This document shows, piece by piece, positions 46,459 through 56,938 of a stretch of DNA of 64,000 bases (positions are counted from its first letter, which is position 1; each line of letters begins with the position of its first letter). The stretch lies in contig CBDCVK010000003.1 of assembly GCA_965223005.1 (NCBI GenBank), positions 32,001 through 96,000 of the forward strand, read 5' to 3'. The notes beneath the pieces were generated by a model, which worked only from the letters and a program-made list of their open reading frames with translations, was not told the DNA's origin and did not search any database. The translations under genes were made by a program, and so were the position numbers. Source of the DNA: Terriglobia bacterium (GTDB taxonomy: Bacteria > Acidobacteriota > Terriglobia > JAJPHL01 > JAPKYU01).

Positions 46459-46527
46459 GAGCCACCTCCACGCGGGATCCCACTTGCTCCTGAGCCTCAT
46501 TCCAGGCCTCCGGCACGGGTGGCGCGT

Positions 46528-46556
46528 TTGCCTTACCCGAGAGCTTCCGCTATACT
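46528..46556 (+). promoter_or_regulatory. Sigma70-like promoter of ssb
   Basis: TTGCCT-N17-TATACT about 93 nt upstream of the ssb ATG. Confidence 0.65.
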
Positions 46557-46649
46557 CGCGTTCCAAACGGTGACGCCTGATTTGGGCGGGCCAGGCTCCG
46601 CGACACCGCCCCAACAGCGGCGCTACGACACAAGGAGAGGGCTGGCCCT

Positions 46650-47105
46650 ATGGCACGAAGCGTAAACAAAGTCATTCTGCTAGGGAATCTAGGAAAAGAC
46701 GCGGAGTTGAACTACCTGCCGTCCGGCCAGGCGGTCTCCAAGTTCCCGCTCGCGACCAATCGCCGCTTCAAAGACAAAGCCGGCGAGTGGCAGGACCAGA
46801 CGGAGTGGCACAACATCGTGGTCTGGGCCAAGATGGCGGAAAACCTGACCCAGTATCTGCTCAAGGGTCGCCAAGTGTACGTGGAGGGGCGCATCCACTC
46901 CCGCACCTGGGAAGGGCGGGATGGCAGCAAGCATCACGGCACCGATATTGTCGCCAATGATGTCGTCCTCATCAGCGGGCGGGGCGGTGAAGAAAGCTCA
47001 GGGCGCGCACAGGCCAGCCAGTCGCGTCCCGCCGCCGCGCCTGCGGCCTCCTCTTCCGACGAGGGAATCTCACCCGAGATCACCGACGACGACATCCCGT
47101 TCTAA
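46650..47105 (+). CDS. ssb: Single-stranded DNA-binding protein
   Basis: SVNKVILLGNLGKD, TEWH, VYVEG, C-terminal DDDIPF. Confidence 0.97.
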   Translation: MARSVNKVILLGNLGKDAELNYLPSGQAVSKFPLATNRRFKDKAGEWQDQTEWHNIVVWAKMAENLTQYLLKGRQVYVEGRIHSRTWEGRDGSKHHGTDIVANDVVLISGRGGEESSGRAQASQSRPAAAPAASSSDEGISPEITDDDIPF

Positions 47106-47609
47106 AATATGCAGACCTGAGCTGAGATCAACCTAAGGCGGGAAGGTCCTGCTTGTTTCTTGCCCTCCGCGCAATAGGTAACGCCAGCATCCTGCCGACC
47201 GCCTCAGCCCAACCGCCGGGACAGCTTGCCCTGATTCCCACCGGGTGGGCGCTCTCGCGCTAGTCCGAAGGTACCCCTCAAAATGAACCTGTTCGCCTAT
47301 TGGCTGCCTGGTGCCGCTGCGCTTAACTAGGCTACGTTATGAACGGGACAAAAACTCAGGCTATGGCAGCGCTGTTTTGCGCAGTGGTTGCGGCACAGAG
47401 GAGCCGCAGGAGCCTGCCGGAGTTTTTGCGGATTCTGCCGGTGAGTCCCAAGAGCAAGTTCATGGTGCTGGAATGTTATCGAGGCGTACTTGAAAACGAT
47501 TAACTGAAGCCATGAGCGGCGCGAAACGAAGCAAAATCCTGGTCATTGCCGATAAAGACGAAAATGATCCGCATGACCCTTGAAAGCTAATGAGTTGGAG
47601 AGGATAAAT

Positions 47610-47969
47610 ATGCCGGCGGAAATCCAGGATGTAAAACGCCTCCGCTACTTCCCGCGCTTCAGGGCACCAGATAGGAGTCACGCCGGCTTCATTACCGGCA
47701 ATCGTCGCGTCGCTGGAGAACTCAAGAAGATTAGCCTAAGAGGCCTGTCCCTTCGGACCAAGGAATCGGTTCCGGTGGGGAGTGTCGGCAAGGTCGGCGT
47801 GCAGTTTCAAGACTGGTTTTTCCGCGCCACCGCGATTGTCCGTTCCGCCGAACCGGGCCGGTGGTTGGGCTTCGAATTCATCAAAATGTGCTCGCTGGAT
47901 CGACAGGCCCTCCGCCTTTCTTGCGGTGCCCAACGTCGGATGGCAGTTGAGAACAAGAGCACCAGTTGA
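47610..47969 (+). CDS. PilZ domain protein
   Basis: RYFPR (RxxxR), KISLRG in place of D/NxSxxG, GFEF; SD GGAGAGG. Confidence 0.7.
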   Translation: MPAEIQDVKRLRYFPRFRAPDRSHAGFITGNRRVAGELKKISLRGLSLRTKESVPVGSVGKVGVQFQDWFFRATAIVRSAEPGRWLGFEFIKMCSLDRQALRLSCGAQRRMAVENKSTS

Positions 47970-48076
47970 CTCGCTACCCCACTCCCCCTAGCTCCCGCGC
48001 CTCCCAGCAGTTATTGTCGTCCTAGACCTGTGCGGCCAGCATTGGATTGAAGTGCCCTCGAAGAATTACGTCCGGT

Positions 48077-50401
48077 TCAGAATTCCGTGCGCAACCGGAG
48101 GGCGAAGCTGCGGGGCGGGGCCAACGCCGTGCCAGAGAACAATCCGACGAAATTGATCACGTTCAAGCGGTTGGTGAGGTTCAAGACGTCGAGTTGGAGC
48201 CGCACCGAGAGGTCATCGCGACTCCAAAGCTTCACCCCCAGCGAAGTATCCAGGGAAAACGAGGGGCGAACGCGGCCGCGTGTGAGGTTGACCCGGCTCA
48301 GAATTCGCTGCCCAAGGCGCTCCTCCAGTTCCTCTTCCTCCAGCGGTTCCTCTTGCTCGATGGGCAACCCGCTGCCGTACCGGGCGCCGAGCGCCACCCA
48401 GACCCTGGGGCTAATCTGATAGTGCACGCGCGCTTGGGCTGTATGGCGCTGGTCTTGCGAAATAGGAAAGCGGTCGGTGGCGCGCAACAGCTCGTCGGCG
48501 CCCTCTTCCAAGAACAGCCCGCCGGTGATGGGAAGAAACCCGGTTCCGACAAGGTGCGCGTAGCTCAGAAAGCCAGAAACGGGCCCCCAGCGCGGCACTT
48601 CCAGTTTGCCCTCAAAGCCGTAGACTTCGGCGCGGGAAAACGCGATGGGGAAACTCACCCCGGTATTCAAGAAGACGTCGTCGTCGGCAAAATTTCGAAT
48701 CTCTCTTCGGAAATAATTCCCGTCCAGCCGCAACTTGCCGAAGACGCTCTTGGCAAAGCCGGCTTGGTAGAAGTTCCCGCGGGAGGGAGACACGAGCAGC
48801 GCCGTCGTCTCTTCAGTGAGCCGCTGCGCGGACGCGGAACTGGCCAGCAGCAGATTCTCGGTGGCGGGAATCTGAAACGCGCGGTCGTAGGAGGCGCGGA
48901 AGACCAGCCCGGTGCCCGGCCAGTGCCAGGCCACTCCCAGGCGAGGACTGAAGGCACTGTCCCGGACTAGCAACCGATAGCGGTCCCACCGCAGTCCTGC
49001 GCTGAAGGTCCAGGGCCCGGCGCGAACCAGGTCCTGCACGAACAGGGACTGCTCGCGGCCTGCTCGACGGTCCGCAAACCGGAAGCTGGGCGGGATTCCG
49101 GCATCGAAGACTTGCTGGTCCACGATTTCGTACCCAAACCGCTCGCGCACAGAAGTCCAAATCGCCTCCGCGCCGGTTTTCAGCTCGTGGGCGCCAAGAT
49201 GCGCCGACAGGCTGGCGCTGCCATAACCTTCCCGCAAGCTTCGTTGCTGGTCGGCCAGGATGGGGGTGGAGAGCGGATTCGACCAAAAGTCTGCAGAAAG
49301 GTCCCTCGCCATTCCCCGGAAGGCGGCCAGCAGGCGGGGTGAGAGGGTGTGCTGGTAGGATAGATGTCCCAGGGTTTCGGCGTTACGCTGATCCTGCCGC
49401 TGGCCGGCCTGCTGCTGAAATTGTTCGTTCGGGACCAGGAACCCCGTGCGTTTTCTGTACAGCGAGAGGCGCAGTCGGCTCGTCTGGCTCCAGTCACGTT
49501 CGAGGCGGCCACTGATCCCGGAATTGGATGCTTTGTTGGTGAAATTTTCCTCCACCGGCGGATCCAGGTACCGCTCCGTGTGTCCCCCCTGAACGGCTAA
49601 GGCGGCGGCCGTCCGCCCGCGCACGTACTGTCCGGAAACATAGCTGCTTTGGGTCGAGAAGCTGCCGACCTCGAGCACTGCGGTCCCATGAAAGCCCGAG
49701 GTCGTGTCACGGGCGGTGACCACCTCGATGACCCCACCCAGTTTCCGCCCATATTCAGCCGGGTAGTTGGCGGTCAACACATTCAGTGACCGGAGTTCTT
49801 CAACTTCAAGCGCCGGGGCGAAGGCGGGAGAGCGATTGTCGGTGATGGGGAACCCGTCAATGACATACTGCGTGTTGTACTCGGAGCCCCGCGGGTGCAG
49901 CACGCCGTTGGCCTCCAGCAACCATCCCGGCTGCGTTTGCACCAGCTCCGGCACGGCGCGGGCGGGCTGTGAGGCCTGCCGGTCCCGCAACGTTTCTGGG
50001 CCGAGGCGGAAGACTGGGCCCGTCCGATGCGGGTCCAGAAGCGTGGCCGAATCGGTGACCAGCACGGTGGCTTCCAGCGGGGCGATCCCGAGCGTCACCT
50101 GGTACTCGCGGGGGAGTTCCGAGCGGATTTCCAGCAGCGCGGAGAACGGTGCAAACCCCGAGCGCTCGACGCGCAGCAGATACACCCCAAATGGCAAGTC
50201 CCTGGCCCAATACTGTCCCTCCGGGTCGGTGTGGAAAGCTTGCTGAACTTGGTTGGCTTGGCTGACCAGCTCTCCACTGGCTGCCACCCCCAGGCCGGTG
50301 GTGTCCCGCACGGTCAGGCGCAACTCCCCCGTGCCCCGCTGGGCGAGCAGTGGCATCGCCCACAGAACTACCCAAAGCAAGCGTTTGCACTTCAACTTCA
50401 A
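48077..50401 (-). CDS. TonB-dependent receptor with N-terminal carboxypeptidase-regulatory-like domain
   Basis: GELRLTVRDTTG..TDPEGQY..LPFGVY, plug QYVIDG / PAEYG..GGVI, SPRLG, NLTN, C-terminal Phe. Confidence 0.9.
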   Translation of the reverse strand: MKLKCKRLLWVVLWAMPLLAQRGTGELRLTVRDTTGLGVAASGELVSQANQVQQAFHTDPEGQYWARDLPFGVYLLRVERSGFAPFSALLEIRSELPREYQVTLGIAPLEATVLVTDSATLLDPHRTGPVFRLGPETLRDRQASQPARAVPELVQTQPGWLLEANGVLHPRGSEYNTQYVIDGFPITDNRSPAFAPALEVEELRSLNVLTANYPAEYGRKLGGVIEVVTARDTTSGFHGTAVLEVGSFSTQSSYVSGQYVRGRTAAALAVQGGHTERYLDPPVEENFTNKASNSGISGRLERDWSQTSRLRLSLYRKRTGFLVPNEQFQQQAGQRQDQRNAETLGHLSYQHTLSPRLLAAFRGMARDLSADFWSNPLSTPILADQQRSLREGYGSASLSAHLGAHELKTGAEAIWTSVRERFGYEIVDQQVFDAGIPPSFRFADRRAGREQSLFVQDLVRAGPWTFSAGLRWDRYRLLVRDSAFSPRLGVAWHWPGTGLVFRASYDRAFQIPATENLLLASSASAQRLTEETTALLVSPSRGNFYQAGFAKSVFGKLRLDGNYFRREIRNFADDDVFLNTGVSFPIAFSRAEVYGFEGKLEVPRWGPVSGFLSYAHLVGTGFLPITGGLFLEEGADELLRATDRFPISQDQRHTAQARVHYQISPRVWVALGARYGSGLPIEQEEPLEEEELEERLGQRILSRVNLTRGRVRPSFSLDTSLGVKLWSRDDLSVRLQLDVLNLTNRLNVINFVGLFSGTALAPPRSFALRLRTEF

Positions 50402-50423
50402 AGCTCAGGCGGGAGAAGAACTC

Positions 50424-51218
50424 TTAACCGAGGACCACGCCCACATCGGCGCCCTTATCGATTCCCAGGATTTTGGCGGCGGCACCCCGACTGGTGGCCA
50501 ACTCCAGGTAGCCGGTGCTGCCCACGATGGCAAACAGGTCGCCCGGGGCGCTCTGGGCGTAGGCGAGGTTGAGTTTCGTAATCTCACTCTTGCCCGCCAC
50601 AAACTTGAACGGCGGAGGGCTTTGCTGGAACAGCATGGGCAGGTCTTCGGGCGTGAAGTTAGTGATGACGTTGCCGAACTTGTCCACCTTCAGCACCACT
50701 CCTTTAATCAGCCGCTCGTTCAGCGCCTTCGGCTTAGGAGGCTGGAAGCGGACATAGTCGCTCACGTAGTCTCCGAACTTGCTCGTTTCGACCCCACGGC
50801 TTAACCAGGCGGCAATTGGGGCGAAGATGTCGCGGCCATGGAAGGTCTGGCTGACCGGGTTCAGGAAGTAGTGCTCAGAAGTGACGTGGCGCACGGTGTG
50901 CTCTTCGCCCGCCAACACCAGCGACAGCACCCCGTTATCCGGGCACAGGAAATAGTGCCTCTCGGTGGCGACCAGGATGGGGCGGCGGTGCGTGCCCACG
51001 CCGGGATCCACCACCACCACATGAATGGTCCAGGCGGGAAAGTGGCGGTAGGCCTGGGCGATCGTAAAGGCTCCGTCCAGGACGTCGAAGGAGCGGACTT
51101 CGTGACAGATATCGATGATTTGGGCCTCTGGAGTGATTCCTAGGATGACCCCCTTCATCGTTCCCACGAAATGGTCCGAGAGACCAAAGTCGCTGGTGAG
51201 CGTAATCAGCCGTGACAT
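50424..51218 (-). CDS. SAM hydroxide adenosyltransferase (DUF62 family)
   Basis: TSDFG..D.FVG.MKGVI, VVDPGVG..RR, PDNG, SQTFHGRDIFAP, VDKFGNV, GYLELA. Confidence 0.9.
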   Translation of the reverse strand: MSRLITLTSDFGLSDHFVGTMKGVILGITPEAQIIDICHEVRSFDVLDGAFTIAQAYRHFPAWTIHVVVVDPGVGTHRRPILVATERHYFLCPDNGVLSLVLAGEEHTVRHVTSEHYFLNPVSQTFHGRDIFAPIAAWLSRGVETSKFGDYVSDYVRFQPPKPKALNERLIKGVVLKVDKFGNVITNFTPEDLPMLFQQSPPPFKFVAGKSEITKLNLAYAQSAPGDLFAIVGSTGYLELATSRGAAAKILGIDKGADVGVVLG

Positions 51219-51227
51219 ACTTAGGGC

Positions 51228-51257
51228 AATATCGGCGAAATGGGGAGGGCGTGTCAA
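51228..51257 (-). promoter_or_regulatory. Sigma70-like promoter of the DUF62 gene
   Basis: Minus strand TTGACA-N18-GATATT, 9 nt before ATG 51218. Confidence 0.55.
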
Positions 51258-51420
51258 GCACGCTGGCAGCCGGCGGCTGATCCTGCCGGAGCGAACGCGC
51301 CTAATTCAGCGGCCAGTATATGGGCGACCCCGCTGCAACGAGGGGTTCGCCCGCATTCCGGACCCGCATTCCGGAAAGGCTGAATCCTAGACCCTGCCAG
51401 TGTGCCGCATAGTTTGCGTT

Positions 51421-53199
51421 CTACTCTTCACCGGGTGGGGACTGGCAGAGCGAGGAAGCCTGGCCCAATTGGGCGGGCGGAAACAGCAGCACCACCCGCC
51501 GGTTGAGTTCACTGGGGCCGGGCACATCCTCAACGGGTTCCCGCTCCCCCTTGCCCTGGACCGTGTCGCCCAGATCAGCAAGGAGTTGTTGCCGCCCGGA
51601 TGGGTCCCTTTGTGAGGACGCGTAGCTCATCCCGGAGAGTTTCTTCACCGTCGCAAGGCGCTGCTCGAGGTCCTCGCGGGCGAGGTCTTCAGTTTCGTTG
51701 CTGAGCTCCTCCTCGAGGAAATAGTGCTGGACGGCAAGGGCGCGCTGCTCAGAGAGCCACTGGTTATAGTCGTCTTTCCCAACGCGGTCCGTGTGGCCTT
51801 CGTAGCGGACTTCAGCATTGGGAAAGAGCAGCATGCGCAGCACAGTCAGCTTGGAGAGATTCTCCCGCGCGGTAGGACGCAGTTTAGAACTGCCGAAGTC
51901 GAAAAGAATGTCGGAAGCCAGTGTGAGCACCATGCTACCGCCCTGTTCAGTCAACTGGCCGAGGGAGGCGAGCTGACGACGGAGTTCGGCACAGATCGCC
52001 TCCCGGTCCTCACGGAGACGCGCATTCTGTGCGCGGGCCTCATCGAGGGCTTCCTGCAGGGCACGGAGTCTGTCTTCGGCCTCGGCGCGACGTCGCCGCT
52101 CAGCGGCAAGCTCTGCTTCCAGTTCCTTCATCCTGTCGCGCAGGGCGGCCAGCTCTTTCCTACATTCTTCGGCCTCGGCGCGGAGACTAGCTAGCTCCTT
52201 CCGGCATTCATCGACCTCGGCGCGGAGCTTGTCCAGTTCGCGGGCAAGTTTCCGGACGTAGATGCCGCCGACAGCGCCTAGGGCAAGGGCACGCGCATTT
52301 TCTGCAATTTGGGCTGCAGTGCGGGCAAATTGAACCGCCTCACGGCTGCTCCCGTCGGCGCCGAATGCTTCTTCGGCCTGAGCCAAGTATGCGCGCGCCC
52401 GCGCGAAGGTCTCGCGTGTGCGGGCTTCGTCGGGGAGCGGTTTCTCCCCCTTCGGGGTCGGGGTTGCCAGGATTCCAGATTTGGAAGCCAGCTCAACGGC
52501 TTTGCGCGCCTGCAGGAGCTCGTTGGGGACAGAAGAGTCAGGGGAGGCAGGCGAGGTATCGTAGCGACTGTAGTAAGTGTAGTAGAGGAGCTTGCCGGGA
52601 ACAGGCAGGGCTTTGTTGCTTGTTTGGCTGTCATCCTGGTTGACGCTGTAGAGGACGACGACAGGGCTGGGATCGTTGACCGCAAAGTCGGGCTCGGCGG
52701 TGAGCATCAGCCAGAAGGTTTGGTAGGGAGTGGTGACGTTGATGCTCACGGGCCTGCCGCTCTCAAACGTGATCTCACCCAGATTCATTGCTTCGCCATC
52801 CACCGAGACGGCCCAAAGGACATAGGTCAGGAAGTCTTTGCCAAAGTATCGGGCGGGTCGAAGTCTCTTGATGTCGCCACGGTTAATATCGATCTCGATG
52901 AAACCCCGGCGACTTCCGATTTTCATGCGCGCCGAAGCAGCAGGTTCGACCTTGGTGCCCTTCATCTCGACCACGGTAGATCCCGTGAGATGCCGGAAGC
53001 TGAGGATCTGTCCGCCCGGTTCCGTAACCTCGACGGCCTCAATGCTTGCGGGTAAGGTGACAGTCGCAGGCGTTGGCTGCTGGGAGTGCAGCGAGCTAAC
53101 GACCAACAACGCGGCAATGAAGGCCAAGGCAAGGCACAAAGGTTGGCTGCTGTGCACAGGATTCACCCCTTCCGCAATTCGCCCCATATATTCTCTCAT
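51421..53199 (-). CDS. OmpA-family peptidoglycan-binding protein with long coiled coil
   Basis: Signal peptide, coiled coil, DILFDFG, EGHTD, NQWLSEQRA, GKGE, NRRV. Confidence 0.88.
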   Translation of the reverse strand: MREYMGRIAEGVNPVHSSQPLCLALAFIAALLVVSSLHSQQPTPATVTLPASIEAVEVTEPGGQILSFRHLTGSTVVEMKGTKVEPAASARMKIGSRRGFIEIDINRGDIKRLRPARYFGKDFLTYVLWAVSVDGEAMNLGEITFESGRPVSINVTTPYQTFWLMLTAEPDFAVNDPSPVVVLYSVNQDDSQTSNKALPVPGKLLYYTYYSRYDTSPASPDSSVPNELLQARKAVELASKSGILATPTPKGEKPLPDEARTRETFARARAYLAQAEEAFGADGSSREAVQFARTAAQIAENARALALGAVGGIYVRKLARELDKLRAEVDECRKELASLRAEAEECRKELAALRDRMKELEAELAAERRRRAEAEDRLRALQEALDEARAQNARLREDREAICAELRRQLASLGQLTEQGGSMVLTLASDILFDFGSSKLRPTARENLSKLTVLRMLLFPNAEVRYEGHTDRVGKDDYNQWLSEQRALAVQHYFLEEELSNETEDLAREDLEQRLATVKKLSGMSYASSQRDPSGRQQLLADLGDTVQGKGEREPVEDVPGPSELNRRVVLLFPPAQLGQASSLCQSPPGEE

Positions 53200-53379
53200 C
53201 GTTATAAACGAGTCAATCCAACTCTCCAGTGCGGGAGGTGCCGGTGTCTTTCCCTCTCAACCTGCGAGTCAAGCCCACAGCACCCGGCCGAGCTGTTTGC
53301 GCCTTGGGTACTAGCGAGATACTGGGTAATGCTAGAATAGGAATTTGATGCAGCGTTGCTGGAGTATGTGACGGAGTGA

Positions 53380-54570
<1,191 letters not shown>

Positions 54571-54623
54571 GAATTAAGAATGAAGAAATGAGAAGTAGGG
54601 GGGAAGAATTCTTCACTCATAAC
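54571..54623. repeat. AT-rich heptamer repeats with an inverted tract between iscS and mnmA
   Basis: gaattaa gaatgaa gaaatga gaagtag ... ttcttca ctcataa. Confidence 0.6.
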
Positions 54624-54637
54624 TGTTCGGTGCTTTT

Positions 54638-55750
54638 ATGAAGCCAACCGTAGTCGTGGCCATGAGCGGCGGCGTAGACAGCTCCACCGTCGCCGCGCTG
54701 CTTTGTGGCCAGCAGGACAACGTGATCGGGCTGACGATGCAGCTCTGGAACCAGCGGCGCCTGGCCGGCTTTCCCGGGATGCCGGAGAGCAGCCACGGGC
54801 GCTGCTGTTCGCTGGAGGATGTCTACGACGCCCGCCGTGTCGCTCAGCACTTGGGGTTGCCCTACTACGTCGTGAACCACGAGGCCCGCTTCGAGCAGGA
54901 CGTGGTGCGGCCCTTCATCGAGGACTACCTGGCGGGGCGTACACCCATCCCCTGCGCGTTGTGTAACAATTCGCTGAAGTTCGACGAGTTGCTGCGGACG
55001 GCGCGGCAGATCGGCGCCGAGATGGTGGCTACCGGGCACTACGCGCGGCTGGAGCGCGACCCGGCTTCAGCCCGCTACCGGCTGCGCCGCGCGGTGGACC
55101 CCTCCAAGGACCAATCCTATTTCCTTTTCGGCCTGACGCAGGAGCAGTTGAGCCGGACGCTATTTCCGCTGGGAGAGCTGACCAAGCACCAGGTGCGCGA
55201 GTGCGCGCGCGGCGCGGGCCTGCCCGTGGCCGACAAGCCCGATTCGCACGAGCTGTGCTTCGTGCCCGGCAACGACTACACACGCTTTATCGAGGCCTAC
55301 TTCGCCGAGCGCGGGCAGCCCGTGCCCGCCGCGCCGGGCCCGGTGGTGGACAGCCAGGGACGCCGGCTGGGCCAGCACAACGGCATCCAGCGATTCACCG
55401 TAGGGCAGCGCAAGGGATTAGGAGTGGCCGCAGGACGCCCGCTCTACGTTCTACACATTGAGCCGGCCACTGCCGAGGTCACTGTGGGCGAGGACGCTGA
55501 GCTGTTTGGCACCACGGCACTGGTCTCCCGCCTCAACTGGGTTTCGCTGGCTTCGCCCGATGGGCCCGTCCGGGCTGAGGTGAAGATTCGCTACCGCCAT
55601 CAGCCCGCGCCTGCCACCGTCACGCCGCTAGATGACGACCACGCGCGGGTGGACTTCGACGTACCCCAGCGCGCCGTCACCCCCGGGCAAGCGGCGGTTT
55701 TCTACCAAGACGACCTGCTGCTGGGCGGCGGCTGGATCGACGGCAAATAG
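54638..55750 (+). CDS. mnmA: tRNA 2-thiouridylase MnmA
   Basis: MSGGVDSS, CCS, TPIPC..CN, ATGHYAR, KDQSYFL, GQRKG, PGQAAV. Confidence 0.97.
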   Translation: MKPTVVVAMSGGVDSSTVAALLCGQQDNVIGLTMQLWNQRRLAGFPGMPESSHGRCCSLEDVYDARRVAQHLGLPYYVVNHEARFEQDVVRPFIEDYLAGRTPIPCALCNNSLKFDELLRTARQIGAEMVATGHYARLERDPASARYRLRRAVDPSKDQSYFLFGLTQEQLSRTLFPLGELTKHQVRECARGAGLPVADKPDSHELCFVPGNDYTRFIEAYFAERGQPVPAAPGPVVDSQGRRLGQHNGIQRFTVGQRKGLGVAAGRPLYVLHIEPATAEVTVGEDAELFGTTALVSRLNWVSLASPDGPVRAEVKIRYRHQPAPATVTPLDDDHARVDFDVPQRAVTPGQAAVFYQDDLLLGGGWIDGK

Positions 55751-55809
55751 CCAGGGCAGAAACTTTCGGTTCCAGTCGTTATTTCTGAAGCGGGAACCCG
55801 GAGTAGTTA

Positions 55810-56553
55810 TCAGTTTCCGTCTGAGAATATTTTTCCGGCTCCCGCGAGTGAGGCGGTCCTGCCTTTGAACGAATCGATCAGGGGAAGGAAAAGCTCTCCT
55901 ACGGCCCGCGCGAACTGGTCGCGACAGAAAAGGACGATGACCAGGACCTGGTTGCCGGAATACACGCCCCCGGTCCCGAACACGCTTTTCACCTGATAGG
56001 CGGAAACAAAGTCTTGTGAGGCGATGATATTCCTGCCTTGCTGATCTTTCGCCTGGGCGGCGTTGTCCACAAAAAACAAGCCCGCCGAACGGCCCACGGT
56101 TTTCTGAAGGATTTCCGAGTCGCGCGTGTCGACCCACTCCAGGGGAACGCCGAGTTCCTTCAGCAGGCGAGAGATCATCGGAATGGCGTCCACGAAGGCT
56201 GAGGAAATCAACGGGATCCCCATATGGCCTTTGGAATTGCGACGGTCATTCCAGTCCGCCTCCTGGCCGTGCGTCCCCAACAGCGACAGCACCAGGGTAT
56301 TGCCTTTTAACTGGCCTCCCGCCCCGGCCGACTCGGCCAGCTTTCGCACAAATTCTTGATTCGTCTTCGGCAGGGAGTCGAATGGAACAGTGAGAAAGGC
56401 ACGGGCCAGAACAGCCGATTCACTGAACTTCGCGTGCAGCCCGCGGGCCAACTACTGGGCAGCTTCCTCCAGCGATGCCGCCTGCCGCGCCTTTGCCTCA
56501 ACCTGACCCCAAAGTTCTGCAAGGACTGCCGATGTCGCGTGCTCGATCTTCAT
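55810..56553 (-). pseudogene. Hypothetical gene interrupted by one in-frame TAG (codon 34)
   Basis: SD GGAGG + ATG 56553, MKIEHATS...SLEEAAQ-TAG(56454-56452)-LARGLHAKF... continuing in frame for 213 more codons. Confidence 0.7.
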
Positions 56554-56938
56554 GACTCTTCCTCCGCGCCCTGATTGCATCGATCCTAAGAATGCAACGA
56601 CAGCGTGCAAGATAGCAGCCCAGGCGCGCAGTGTCCATTTCAATCAACAGCGAGCAGTGGGGAGAAGCTGGCGCTGCGTCGGGGAGCCCACAGTGCCTTG
56701 AACAACGAGTAGCTTTCTCTAAGCAAAGGCAATTCCAATCCACCAGGCAGCCACCGCGGACCAGCCGGGAGGGCACGCCTCTGCCGGTGACCACAAATTT
56801 GTTCGACCTGCGAGCTACGCCCCAGCCGACACCGTGGTATATTAACCGGGCGAAAATTAGGCAGGAAGGCCCCCTGCCAGGGGGTTTGATTGAGCATTGC
56901 AAGGAACCTGCCACTGAACTTAAGGAAGGAGATTGTAG

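Noticed and set aside
50424-51218. SAM-dependent fluorinase/chlorinase
   Set aside because: The TFHGRD His and DPGVG..RR Asp/Arg triad indicate the DUF62 hydrolase type, not a halogenase
56452-56454. Genome-wide amber recoding
   Set aside because: TAG ends pgm, cutA, def, recN, tolQ and tolB at their expected C-termini, so it is a normal stop here
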